Positions 13,084 to 25,300 of a stretch of DNA of 64,000 nt are shown here, one piece after another. The number at the start of each line of letters is the position of its first letter. Within the stretch, counting starts at the first letter, position 1. This stretch comes from Macrostomum hystrix (lineage: Eukaryota > Animalia > Platyhelminthes): contig CATNEN010000005.1 of the NCBI GenBank assembly GCA_950097015.1, forward strand, positions 868,001-932,000, in the 5' to 3' direction. Under the pieces are notes generated by a model, which was not told the origin of the DNA, ran no database searches, and worked only from the letters and a program-made list of their open reading frames with translations. The position numbers and the translations under genes were made by a program.

Positions 13084-14267
13084 TGGGGCAGTGCTTGCGG
13101 CGGAGATCAAAGTACATTGCCTCATGTACGCGAGTCCTGGTGTAGCTTCCTGTTTTTCTCTTCTACAATCTCCCTCCCATCTCTCATCAAACTCATCTAC
13201 TCTAACTCCGATCGACACTCCATCCCATCTACTCTCCCTCCCATCTCCCCTCCATCCCATCTACTTTTCCTCTCGTCTCGCCTCCATCCCATCTACTCTC
13301 CCTCTCGCATCCTCTCCATCCCATCTACTCTCCCTCTCGCATCCTCTCCATCCCATCTACTCTCCCTCCCATCTCCCCTCCATCCCATCTACTCTCCCTC
13401 CCATCTCCCCTCCATCCCATCTACTCTTCCTCTCATCTCCCCTCCATCCCATCTACTTTTCCTCTCGTCTCGCCTCCATCCCATCTACTCTCCCTCCCAT
13501 CTTCCCTCCATCCCATCTACTCTCCCTCTCATCTCCCCTCCATCCCATCTACTCTCCCTCCCATCTCCCCTCCATCCCATCTACTCTTCCTCTCGTCTCC
13601 CATCCATCCCATCTACTCTTCCTCTCGTCTCCCCTCCATCCCATCTACTCTCCCTCTCGCATCCTCTCCATCCCATCTACTCTCCCTCCCATCTTCCCTC
13701 CATCCCATCTACTCTTCCTCCCATCTCCCCTCCATCCCATCTACTCTCCCTCTTATCTCCCCTCCATCCCATCTACTCTCCCTCCCATCTCCCCTCCATC
13801 CCATCTACTCTCCCTCCCATCTCCCCTCCATCCTATCTACTCTCCCTCTCGTCTGGCCTCCATCTCATCTACTCTTCCTCTCGTCTCCCCTCCATCCCAT
13901 CTACTCTTCCTCTTGTCTCCCCTCCATCCCATCTACTCTCCCTCCCATCTTCCCTCCATCCCATCTACTCTCCCTCTCGTCTGGCCTCCATCTCATCTAC
14001 TCCCAGTCTAAATTTCACTCCATCTTATTAACCCTGTCCCTCATTCTCTCGTGTTTTCTAAATCTCCCAGCTTGCCAATTTTCTCAGTCCTTCTCCTTAC
14101 ACAAAATCCCAAAGCCCTAAGCGCCCAATATTCCCATCCTTAACTCATTCGTTCTCTAATCAACAGTTGGCTTTATCTCATGCTTTACTAATATTATTTA
14201 GCCCTGTAAATAATCCAGCAAACCATGCGACAAGCCGCCCAGTTTGAGCAAGTGCAGCAGCAGCCAT
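13084..14267 (-). CDS. Candidate 5' exons of the calmodulin-like gene (14267-14189 and 13149-13084)
   Basis: ATG in the context caaaATGGCT; donors A|gtaaag and A|gtaaat; acceptor aaacag. Both exons join in phase 1 to the core exon at 12055, giving ~191 aa. The donors are weak. Confidence 0.4.
13170..14000. repeat. CT-rich minisatellite (CATCCCATCTACTCTCCCTCCCATCTCCCCTC-like, ~32 bp)
   Basis: Low-complexity tandem array that produces the spurious P/S/L/H-rich ORFs 13067 and 13072. Confidence 0.95.
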
Positions 14268-14499
14268 TTTGATCGCAGCTTAGCCACTTCCATATTGGGC
14301 GAAATCTCCCATTTTCAGCTAATTTATATGCTTGTCACATTGCTGATTAAAGACAGGGATAAATGGGCATGACAGATCGGGAACTCGTCAGCTAGAAGGA
14401 TTTGATTTTTTTCCAAGTGTGTAAATGTTGCACAAACTAGAGACTAGTATCATACGTGCACAAATAACTGCGTGACGGTCCTAATCTATTAGACTCGGT

Positions 14500-15360
14500 T
14501 GGAACCTGTTAGACACGATTGGAACCTGTTAGACACGGTTAGAACCTGTTAGACACGATTAGAACCTGTTAGACACTATTGGAACCCGTTATAAACGATT
14601 GAAACCTGTTTGGCACGACTAGAACTTGTTAGACATGCCAGGAACCTGTTAGACATGACTGGAACCTGTTAGACACGATTAGAACCTGTTAGACACGATT
14701 AGAACCTGTTAGACACTATTGGAACCTGTTAGACATGACTGGAACCTGTTAGACACGATTAGAACCTGTTAGACACGATTAGAACCTGTTAGACACTATT
14801 GGAACCTGTTAGATACGATTGGAACCTGTTAGACACGATTAGAACTTGTTAGACACGCCAGGAACCTGTTAGACATGACTGGAACCTGTTAGACATGACT
14901 GGAACCTGTTAGACACGATTAGAGCCTGTTAGACACGATTGGAACCTGTTTGCCACGATTAGAACCTGTTAGATACGATTGGAACCTGTTAGACACGATT
15001 AGAACTTGTTAGACACGCCTGGAACCTGTTAGACACTATTAAAATTCGTTCGACTTAGTTGAAACCCGTTAGATTTGATTTAAACTTGTTAAACACGATT
15101 GGAACCTGTCAGGCACGATTAGAGCCTGTTAGACACGATTGGAACCTGTTGGACACTATTGAAACCCGTTAGATTTGATTAAAACATTTTATACACCGTA
15201 AAAATCAGTCAGACGATTAAAAACTGTTAGACACCGTTTTTATTTGTTAGACACAGTTTTTACCTGTTAGACACAGTTTAAACCTGTTAGATACAGTTTA
15301 AAATGTTTGACACGACTGGAACCTCTTAGATTTGTTAGACGCAATCAGAAACTGTTAGAC
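14500..15360. repeat. 20-bp minisatellite (TGGAACCTGTTAGACACGAT), decaying at its right end
   Basis: Visible tandem copies. Confidence 0.9.
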
Positions 15361-15950
15361 ATAGTTCGAACTTTCTAGACTTTAATTTTCAGTTCTTTTG
15401 CGATCCTTACACGTTAGAACGTCACCCAGTGTCATTGACCTCAAAGCAAAGCCTTAAAAACCTGGTAAAACAATATCGATCTACTCTTTCATCTGAGGTC
15501 CTGACACAATCGGCATGGAATTTTCGGCCATGTCATGCGCCAAGCACCCACCCAGCTATTTGTGCCGATTTCGTCTCCAAGGCTATACCTGTTTCTGACA
15601 TGCCTATTAATCCGTTTGAGTCGTTTCGAGTCATTCTAGCGTGAGAAGTGTCTCATCTCGTATGCTGCTAAGCTGGCAGCAATGCAAGGTGTGTAATTAA
15701 TCATGTGATCAATGTCGCGACCTAATAGACGATTCTAGACGGCTTCGTGACATCAAGTGGGAGTGGCTGCATGTGTGGCTTTTGTACACACAAACCCACA
15801 TAGAAGGCTGGAGTGTAGCTACGGCATACCTGGACTGTTAATTTGTTTTAATTTAGCCACGCTTTGAAGCGGCAAATACATTTCTTTGTGTACTGGGAGA
15901 CTGTTGATTATGATTGGGCATAGTTACTTAGCTAGATACAAGTAGCACTC

Positions 15951-16033
15951 GTAAATGTGGCCTCGAAGCGGAATCGAACTTAGGGACCTTGGTTCGAGAG
16001 GCGAACGCGTTAACCGCTCCGCCACCGAAACCC
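15951..16033 (-). mobile_element. tRNA-derived SINE head
   Basis: The reverse strand reads GGTGGCGGAGCGG (A box) ... AAGGTCCCTAAGTTCGATTCCG (B box) followed by GAGGCCACATTTA, as in the 36-kb copy. There is no acceptor stem. Confidence 0.7.
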
Positions 16034-16049
16034 TGTGGTTTGAGCTTTT

Positions 16050-16420
16050 GACTTCTGACTTAGAGGTCGTGAGCTCGAATTTCGACGCAATGTCCTTAAA
16101 AAATGTTGCCTAACAATTAATTCCATAGTGCTTTAGTTCAACAAGCTGCGCTATGGGTATCAGCATGAGCTTGCAAAAGTCCACGACAGTACACAGTCCT
16201 ATACAGTAGTAGATATTTAATGATTCTCGTCGAGGTGTCTGGTCGTAAGAGCCAGTACCATTACTGGTGTATTTTTCTGCCTACAAAATTTCATCATGTA
16301 GCCATGTCGGCTATTCTTGTTAATTAGGTTTCAAAAATAGGTTTATAGACATTAGGTTTATACGGAGCATTGTTATTTGACCTTACCTTGCCAACAGGGT
16401 CTTCGACAAGATTCGCTCAA
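16050..16420 (+). mobile_element. Second SINE-like element with a degenerate tRNA head
   Basis: GACTTAGAGGTCGTGAGCTCGAATTTC is a B-box-like head. The body shares motifs with 10680-10870. Confidence 0.45.
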
Positions 16421-16621
16421 TATAGAAGATGCTGGGTGTTGAAAGTTATGGTTCATCGTAAAGGGTGGAAAATTGTGTTCTATGATGAACTTTCACGAAA
16501 ATCGGCCATTTAAGTTTAGGAGCTATCGTCAATCTTTCTTCTGTTAGCACCAGCTAGCTGCAGCTATATGCAGGCTGTGCCATATTGTGTTTATACGCGT
16601 AACTAAGCTTTTTATTTATAC

Positions 16622-17000
16622 CAGGGGTCGGCAAACTCCGGCCCGCGGGCCAGATGCGGCCCTCGAAGCCCCTAAATCTGGCCCGTTGCCCCTTACACCA
16701 CCTATAGTATCCTGTCTCATCTCTCTAGTGTCTTATATGTCCTGTGTTTAATTATCTCTCCCCTGTCTCATCTCTGCCGTGTCTCTCGTCTCTCCAGTCT
16801 TATCTGTTCTCATCTCTGGCTCAATCCTCCCCTGTCTCGTCTATCCGGAGTCTCATCTCTCCCATTTCTCATCTCTCCCATTTCTCATCTATCCTGTGTC
16901 TGATCTCTCCCCTTTCTCATATTCCTACAGTTAATACGGCCCGCTGTCGTCCTATAGGTTCTCTCCGTGGCCCGCTCGCTAAAAAGTTTGCCGACCCCTG
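16622..17000 (+). mobile_element. Non-autonomous hAT (Charlie/Buster-like) MITE
   Basis: Perfect 16-bp TIRs CAGGGGTCGGCAAACT; degenerate 8-bp TSD ATTTATAC/ACTTATAA; CT-rich interior. Confidence 0.85.
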
Positions 17001-17178
17001 ACTTATAAATTTTTTATAACCTATTTTATTAAGGGGTTGTAAATATATAATCGCCAAAGTTTCTACTACAGTATTTTCTATGAGCTAGAATAAAAAATTG
17101 AACTTTTAAGAACCTTAAGCTGTCAACAAAACGGTTATAATTTAATTGACATACTAAAGATAGTGTTGGATTAACCTT

Positions 17179-17430
17179 ACTTCCGGTTTAGCGGTCTGTT
17201 GCTCGCTTCTTTTTTGTCGCTGCTGATCACCTAGGGAAGTCGCTCTGTTGCCATCATCATTGCTTGATGCTTGCATTGTATATAGGCTAAAACTAATATT
17301 GAATAGTTTGATTAGGCCGACTTTTTAAGCACTGAAGGCATGCCTTTTGTAGATATATATTTTAGGTAATTGCCTGACAGCCACCCCAAGATCGTAGTTG
17401 CTATTTTATTTGTTGACCAATCAAAATGGC
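17179..17430 (+). promoter_or_regulatory. Possible housekeeping-promoter motifs upstream of SERP1 (ETS ACTTCCGG; CCAAT followed by YY1-like AAAATGGC)
   Basis: Motif matches only, at 17179-17186 and 17417-17430. No TSS evidence. Confidence 0.2.
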
Positions 17431-18921
17431 TCCTGAAAAAGAATGCATTCTGCAGCTACTGATTCCTAACATCAAATTTTTTTTCGAGTGTTGTAAATTA
17501 AAAACACTGGATTGCTAACTCGCCCTGCTACACTTCTTATAGTAGAATATTAGGCCGAAAAGTTTTTTACTGGATGCGGACTTCTCCATGGATGTGGATG
17601 TGTCACCACCATGGATTTGTCGCCCCATGGATTTGGTATTAGTGACGCAACCATAGATATGTTAGTGATGCCATCATGGATTTCTTCATGGATTTGGTAG
17701 AGTGACGCCACCATGGATTCGGGTGTGTCGCCCACTCCCATAGATTTGTGATAGATTTTGACTCCAGGTAAAAAAAATTAATATTTAGTAGGACAAATAA
17801 AATTTGGCACAGAGTTTTATAGAATATTTTAGAGTAGAGAAGTATTTTATTTTTAACTTCTTTCCAATGGGATTTCAGTATGCAGCTGTTTACATGACCG
17901 AATCAAAGTGACTTGTCTGTACTTTAGTGACATGCTTATGCTGAGAAAGAGTGTATTCTTGTCTTCTGGAATTTTGCATGCCAATTTTACACAACACTTT
18001 TGCATTATAAAGATCGGAAATAAAAAATATTCGTTTTAACTGTAAACTGCATTTTAACAAGTTTATTATTCACAATGCCTTACTTACAAGTCAAAGAAGG
18101 AATAATCAACTTTACGGAAAGATTCGTTGTGTTCGTTTTTTGTCGTGAAAATCATCTCATGACCACAAAAGCACGATTTTAAAACTCACTGCTTTGTGAC
18201 GACCGTAGTAAGGTTAAAGTTGATAAGCCTGCACAATAAAAGCCGGTAGTAACTTCATAAAGTTTGTTATGAAATAAAAGTAGCAACTAAGAGTCTACGA
18301 TGGTTATGATATGAATGTCTGATAGTAGCTCGTCTTAAATTAATTAAAAACCTTAACATTGTGTTGCAAACTATCTTAACCTCCTATCGACTTCCACAGG
18401 TTCCACTGTCGTCAAAGTTAGTTCCTTTTTGTATTTTTCCTAGTTTAACCACTGACTATAGTTAGCATAGTAATTTAGTTTATTACTTCATTATCAGCAC
18501 CGCACTCACACATGCCACCCATATTGTAACTGTGTTAATAATATATTTCCTTACTGCTGTTTATAGAATTTGTTGTGCAGGTCTCTATTTTAGTCGATTC
18601 TAAACTTTCATTTTTATCCTTACTTTAAAGTTCTATCTTCAGAGGAAAGGCTATTAGTCTAGATTACGCTGTAGGCTGTTCTATAAAACTACATTATTTA
18701 TTCTCTCTGTGGGGTTATATTACTCTGTAGTGTCAAATACATAATTTAGGATTCCTTCTGAGAATTGTCCTTAGTAAGGTAGTCCAGATTATGCTGGCCA
18801 TAGGCCAGAAGAAATTTTACATGCCTTCTTAATTTTTGCAAAATTATGCTAAGTGGAAAACCAGCCCCAATGCTTTATGCCAATCAGAAAAAATGTCCAG
18901 AATTTAGAAAAAGACCTGTAT

Positions 18922-19342
18922 TTGTTATTTGTCCAGTTAACCAGATAAATAGCCATTTGATTATTCGTCCAGTTAACTGGTTAACTACCCAAGGACTTAA
19001 TTTCTTCCCTTTCAACAAGCAGGAGCAACAATCCTACCAAAGACCACTCTTGCCCTGCTGAGAGCCATCTTGAATCTTGACCTTGAATCTTGAATCTAGA
19101 CCAAACTATAGAACTAAGTTAGTCCCTGAAACAACTGAATTTCTGGAAAATGTTTTAATTTTTTTAATTAGCTGATAAGCAAAAATAATTTGAGACAAAA
19201 TTCAAATCCTAATGACTATCCTTTTGCAGCTTGTTAATTATTTTATCTTACAAATGATAGAGGTTCTTGTGGTAGCACTACAATCGTTTGAATAATCAAA
19301 TGGCTATTTGTCCAGTTAACCAGTTAACCGGACAAATAACAA
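18922..19342. mobile_element. MITE-like element bounded by ~45-bp imperfect inverted repeats
   Basis: TTGTTATTTGTCCAGTTAACC..AAATAGCCATTTGATTATTC at the left end is mirrored at 19290-19342. No TSD found. Confidence 0.55.
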
Positions 19343-20796
19343 CTGCCTTAGAAAAAAATGTGTGAAGTATTTTGTATTATTAGTGTGTTAGGGCCTATGT
19401 GTTTAATGAATAATTTTTTATTAAAAAAACAAAAAAATAATAGTAGACCTGCAGTCCTTTGCATTTGAGATTAAAATATTTATGGATAGTAACAAAGAGT
19501 AGTATCATAAATTATAAATAAAGTATTAATAAAACAAATTAAAAATTTTATGTTTATTTAGTTTAGGGCTATGATTTTAATTTGTAGTACAACAACATTG
19601 CACAAGTTGCAAAAAAAGTTGGATAGAGTATGACTTGTTTTTACTCTATCCAAACTTTTTAAAGATTATATTTATGCCAGAATATATGCCAGTTTTTTTG
19701 CTTTGACATTTTATATCAACTATAGGCCCTACCTATGTTATGTTGGTATCCAAATTTTATACTGAAAATTTCTAGCATAAATTACATGATCTGGTATATG
19801 GAATTCTGTATATATTCATAGCATGAATCTAGAACACTTCATCATCAGCAACAAACCACTTGGGTGACTGGTGACACTTAGAATTTTGCAATAAAAAGTT
19901 AGTGGCTCTGTTAAATAAAGTTCTATAGGGCCTAGCTAAAGATTTTACAAATGTATTTAATAGATTTAATATTTTTAATATTTAATATTTTCTTATTGTT
20001 GTAGCTATCATACACCTGACCATTATTTTTTCATTTACAAGTGACAAACTTATTTGAAAAATGTAATAAAATTTTATTATTTTAAAAATCTGAAAAGTAC
20101 TTAAAAAGATACAATCAAAACATGAGCTGAGATGCTCTAGGCTAAAGAGAATTTTTTTTACCCAAAAGGGTGGGTAGTTGCTTGTGATGAACAGAAACGA
20201 AGAAAATTAGGATAAAATGTTTATTCCATTGTTGATATAAATTAGTACTGGTACACAAAGTATTTCTGCTGTTTGGCTTTCAATATATTACATGAAAGTT
20301 GTTCTACTTTGACCCAAAATTACCTAATACATTTTTCTACCAATTTGAATTAATCAATATTAATTCAATATTAATCAATATTTTAAAGAAAATGTATTTT
20401 GTTCAATTTTTATATAAAATTGCTAAAATTTACTGATAATTTGACTGTGAAAAAAATCAGTGGCTTCTTGTTCAGCTGATTATTTTAATCCTATCTCATG
20501 TGCACCTGTGATATAATACTAATTCAGCTAAAAGAAGACAAGTGTAATAATAAAAAAGCTGTGAGATTTTGATATTACATATAAATTGTTTGTGTGAAGT
20601 CATATTACATATATACTCGTAATAACTGTGGCAAGATAAACCTGCTTAACAATTGTCTTATGATCTAGAAGTTCACCATTTTCCTTTAATATAACAATAA
20701 ACTTATGTCTAATGTATAATATATTAACACACTAATGAGAAATATTTTTCTTCTTTGCAGTTTATACTTTGCCCTATTTCTGTTCTAAAGTACTAG

Positions 20797-21027
<231 letters not shown>

Positions 21028-22029
21028 GCCTTATTTGACAAAGCAGAACACTTTTGCCAGCAGGTTAAAAAAGTTTTATTACATAGAAACCAATACAGTG
21101 TTTTGTCATTCTTTGCCAGAAATAATTTCTTTGGATTTTGTCTGTTTCAACTTACTTATTGGTCAGTGCCGAATTGCACGAAAGCCATGGTGATGGACTA
21201 TATTGCTTTTGATTTCTTTTGGATTATCTAAAATTATCTTGATAAATGTCACTATTGTTGCAATCTGATTCTGATCATCAACTTTAATGTTGACTTTTTC
21301 ATTGTCTGTGCCTTGACCATTTCACAAAAAATAGTAAAGCTGATTAACACATACACTGGCGTTAATTAATAATTATCCGCCCGTCTTCTTTGGTATCATG
21401 GCAATATACCTCTGTTAGGTAAATTTTGTTTATAAATATGTCATAGCCAATCAAAATGAAAAAACTCAACTGAACTCTTCTAATCAAAGCTTTTTTATCG
21501 TGCTACTGCAGCTTATTAGCAGTAGTATGAGTGGCGTTTTCTTATCCCATTCGCAAATGTTATTGTTGTTTTGTCGCCAGGCAGTTTAGTCGTTGCAATG
21601 ATTTTTAATTGATGATTTCATTTACTGTTCTTTGTTTTTGCCTTTTAATTGTTCGTTTTTAGTTTTTTCGTTTTCTTTCTTTCTCTGTGTTTGTGTCCTC
21701 ATATAAATTTGGCGATCATTTAAAATTTCTTTCTAAGAAATCCAGAGTTTTCGACCCAATTACATTTCAATCAGTCTTTTTGTGGTGTGAGTAAGGGCTC
21801 AGCTGGCACCAAAGTCAAAATAAATTGATGACACTGGGTCACAGTCTTTGTTGATCTGTGCAGTTGTGTGCAATATAGTTAGTGTTATAGTTACATTTAT
21901 TTTTACACTTTTTAGATGCACCGCACAATAGCTAGATGTATTATTTCTATAATATCTAGTTATACAAATATAATTGTATTGTTTTGTGCTTAAACATGTT
22001 TTTTATGAGGCAGTTTTTAGTTAAGTGAG

Positions 22030-22095
22030 TGGGTTTTAGCCTAGCGGTTAGAGCCTCATGACTTAAAGGTCGGGGGTTCGATTCTGGACTCCACT
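22030..22095 (+). mobile_element. Degenerate tRNA-like (SINE) head
   Basis: TAGCCTAGCGGTTAG (A box) ... GGGGTTCGATTCT (B box); no cloverleaf. Confidence 0.4.
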
Positions 22096-22365
22096 GCTAC
22101 CGTGCTGTCGGCTGCTCATCTGGTCCCATTGGGGAAAGTGTAATCTATCAATGTAGGGGAAATGTTGCTTAGGTCAGGAGTTCGTATCGCAGGTAAAATT
22201 TTCCCCTATTTTTTCAGGTAGCACTTAAAAAGCAAAATATTTTAGGTGTACTTTTTCTAGCTCTGTTTTTTAATATTAGATTCTTATGCACTCATTTCAG
22301 CTATCAATCTATAGAAATAAAGGCAAGAAAAGTCACCTACCATCGTTCAGTCCTGAACTCCAAGC

Positions 22366-25300
22366 ATGGCCAGTAAAGATGACAGTGTGTCTCACACCCT
22401 GACTAACTCGGAGATCAGTCGCTACAGTCGGCAGCTGATTATGCCAGAGATTGGCGTCAGGGGCCAGATGGCATTGAAATCCAGCAGGGTGCTGATTATA
22501 GGGGCCGGCGGTTTAGGCTGCCCAGCTGCCATCTATCTCTCTGCGGCTGGTGTTGGTTAGTTTATTTTCTATTTATTATCCATTGTAGGTCATTGATGGG
22601 TCAAATATGACCCATAATTTCATAAATATTTAAATAATCAATTTTTTGGTTAGTAACAGTACGGAGTCTTTAGAAAGCCACTCGCCCTTCCATTTTTAAT
22701 TGTTAGACTTATTTTCTTCAATCGCAGGCTATATTGGCATAGTGGATCACGACTCGGTTGAGTTGAGCAATCTTCATCGACAGATTCTGCATACTGAGGC
22801 TGCAATCGGAACACCGAAGGCACAATTTGCTGCTGAACAGTGCCGCAGGTAAGACTGATCCCCATCCAGTGACTGATCCCCATCCAGTTACTGATCCGAG
22901 CCAGTTTCTAATCCCCATCCAGTTACTGATCCCAGCCAGTTTCTAATCCCCATCCAGTTACTGATCCCCATTAAGTTACTGATCCCCATCCAGTTTCTGA
23001 TCCCCATCCAGTTTCTGATCCCCATCCAGTTTTTAATCCCCATCCAGTTACTGATCCACATCCAGTTTCTGATCAACATCCAGTTTCTGATCCCCATCCA
23101 GTTTCTGATCCCCATCCAGTTACTGATCCACATCCAGTTACTGATCCCCATCCAGTTTCTGATCCCCATCCAGTTTCTAATCCCCATCCAGTTACTGATC
23201 CCCATCCAGTTTCTAATCCCCATCCAGTTACTGATCCCAGCCAGTTTCTAATCCCCATCCAGTTACTGATCCCAGCCAGTTTCTAATCCCCATCCAGTTA
23301 CTGATCCCCATTAAGTTACTGATCCCCATCCAGCTTCTGATCCCCATCCAGTTTCTAATCCCCATCCAGTTACTGATCCCCATCCAGTTTCTGATCCCCA
23401 TCCAGTTACTGATCCCAGCCAGTTTCTAATCCCCATCCAGTTACTGATCCCCATTAAGTTACTGATCCCCATCCAGTTTCTGATCCCCATCCAGTTACTG
23501 ATCCCCATCCAGTTTCTGATCCCCATCCAGTTACTGATCCCAGCCAGTTTCTAATCCCCATCCAGTTACTGATCCCCATCCAGTTTCTGATCCCCATCCA
23601 GTTTCTGATCCCCATCCAGTTTCTAATCCCCATCCAGTTACTGATCCCCATCTAGTTATTCCACATTAGGCCACTTATATTCTCTAATAAATTTTTCTCC
23701 TCGCTGATTTTCAGACTAAACTCTGCCATAACTGTGGAGCCAATTGTCGCAAAGTTTACTAACAAAGTTGCCATGGATATTGTTCGTCGGTGAGTACTTG
23801 TCTAATTACTGGCAGTCTCATTTTAGAATAATTGACATGCTAAGTCAATTTGAATATTTCCAATGTCGCTTTCAGCTTCCATCTAGTGCTAGACTGTACA
23901 GACAATGTGGCAACTCGCTATCTGATTAACGACGCCTGCGTATTGGCCGGCAAGCCGCTGGTTTCAGGGGCCGCACTGGGCCTAGAAGGCCAGCTCTGCG
24001 TTTATAATCATCGCGGCGGGCCCTGCTATCGTTGCCTGCATCCATGTCCGCCACCGCCCGACACTGTGGTCTCCTGCTCTGAGGGTGGCGTCCTCGGACT
24101 CGTGCCGGGCATAGTCGGCAGCTTGCAGGTGAGGGCTGAAATTCTTGGCGCTTCAATTTTGGCTTAGCATATAATATATTTCCTTTCCAAATTGTATTCC
24201 CTGATCATAATCCGTTTCCTCATCAGTATTCACTATTTTAACCAATCCTCTATTATTGATCCAAATCCCTTTTTATTGTAATCCCATTACTGATCCCAAT
24301 TCCACTATCAATTGTTCTAGGGCTGTTCTAATAAATATGTTTTCCGAGACTTTTAATTCAGAAATTGTCTTATGACTATCTTATGAGTGTCTTTAGTTAT
24401 GCATTTTAAATTCAAATTTAAATTCAAATTATATATTCAATATGGCCGATATTTATGCTTTCTATTTACTTGCACTTAGAACTTTACTGTACTTTACTGT
24501 ACTCGTATTACTTATGTAAGTACTCCTTATCAGTCCTCATCATTCTTCCCTGTAAAAAAATCGGCTGCTTCTTCGGCGGGTTTTTTGTGCAAAATAGGAG
24601 TGGAATCTACCCAAATCCCCCCTATCTCGCAAGAGTTAAAGAAACCACCCAGGAAGCAGCCGATGTAACCGTAAATTGTGCGGAAACCGCCGAAGAATCA
24701 CCCGAACCAGTGGCCCATGGGACAACCAGAGAATTATTTACGGGCGATTCCTCGGCGGTTTCTGAGCATGGAATCTTCCGAACTGGAGGATTCTTTGGGT
24801 GATTCCATTTCGCCACCAAGAAGCACCGAGAAAACGCCCAGTTGGGTAGATTCTAAGCATGGAATCATCCGATTGGTATGTTTCCAGCGGTCGGCTGTTT
24901 CTTTTTCTGGAAACACCGCAGATTCCAACTGGAATCACCCAAAGAAACATCCCTATTTTTTAGCGGGTTTATCACTATTTATCCGTCTTTATCCATCTTT
25001 AACGCTCTTTATCAATATTTTTAAGTATTGTCTCTCTTCAGTTATTCTTCAATCGATCTTAAATTATTCTTCAGTCGGGCTTAGCAGTGGATCTAGGGTT
25101 ACAGCTCTCGTTTCACTTTATTAACTTCTTTTTCTGAATGTCTCTTAAATTAACTTTAAGGCAAACACTTCACTATTTAAAAAAAATTATTTTTCTAAAC
25201 GTTATTCTTACATGGCAAAAACGTCAACTTCTACTCCCTCTCACAAGTCTCACACGTTTATTTATACCTATTCTTCGCGTCCCTCCTCAAGTTTCTCCAC

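Noticed and set aside
13067-14031. 314- and 319-aa Pro/Ser/Leu/His-rich ORFs
   Set aside because: Two overlapping frames of a CT-rich minisatellite, with no coding signature.
15951-16033. Functional tRNA gene (also considered at 22030, 36270 and 57062)
   Set aside because: A and B boxes are present but the acceptor and anticodon stems do not pair, and the sequences continue into SINE bodies.
24455-25124. ORFs 24455, 24622, 24678, 24734 and 24738, and their twins at 46995-47572, as genes
   Set aside because: They lie inside the duplicated 420-bp MITE and have no transposase motifs.
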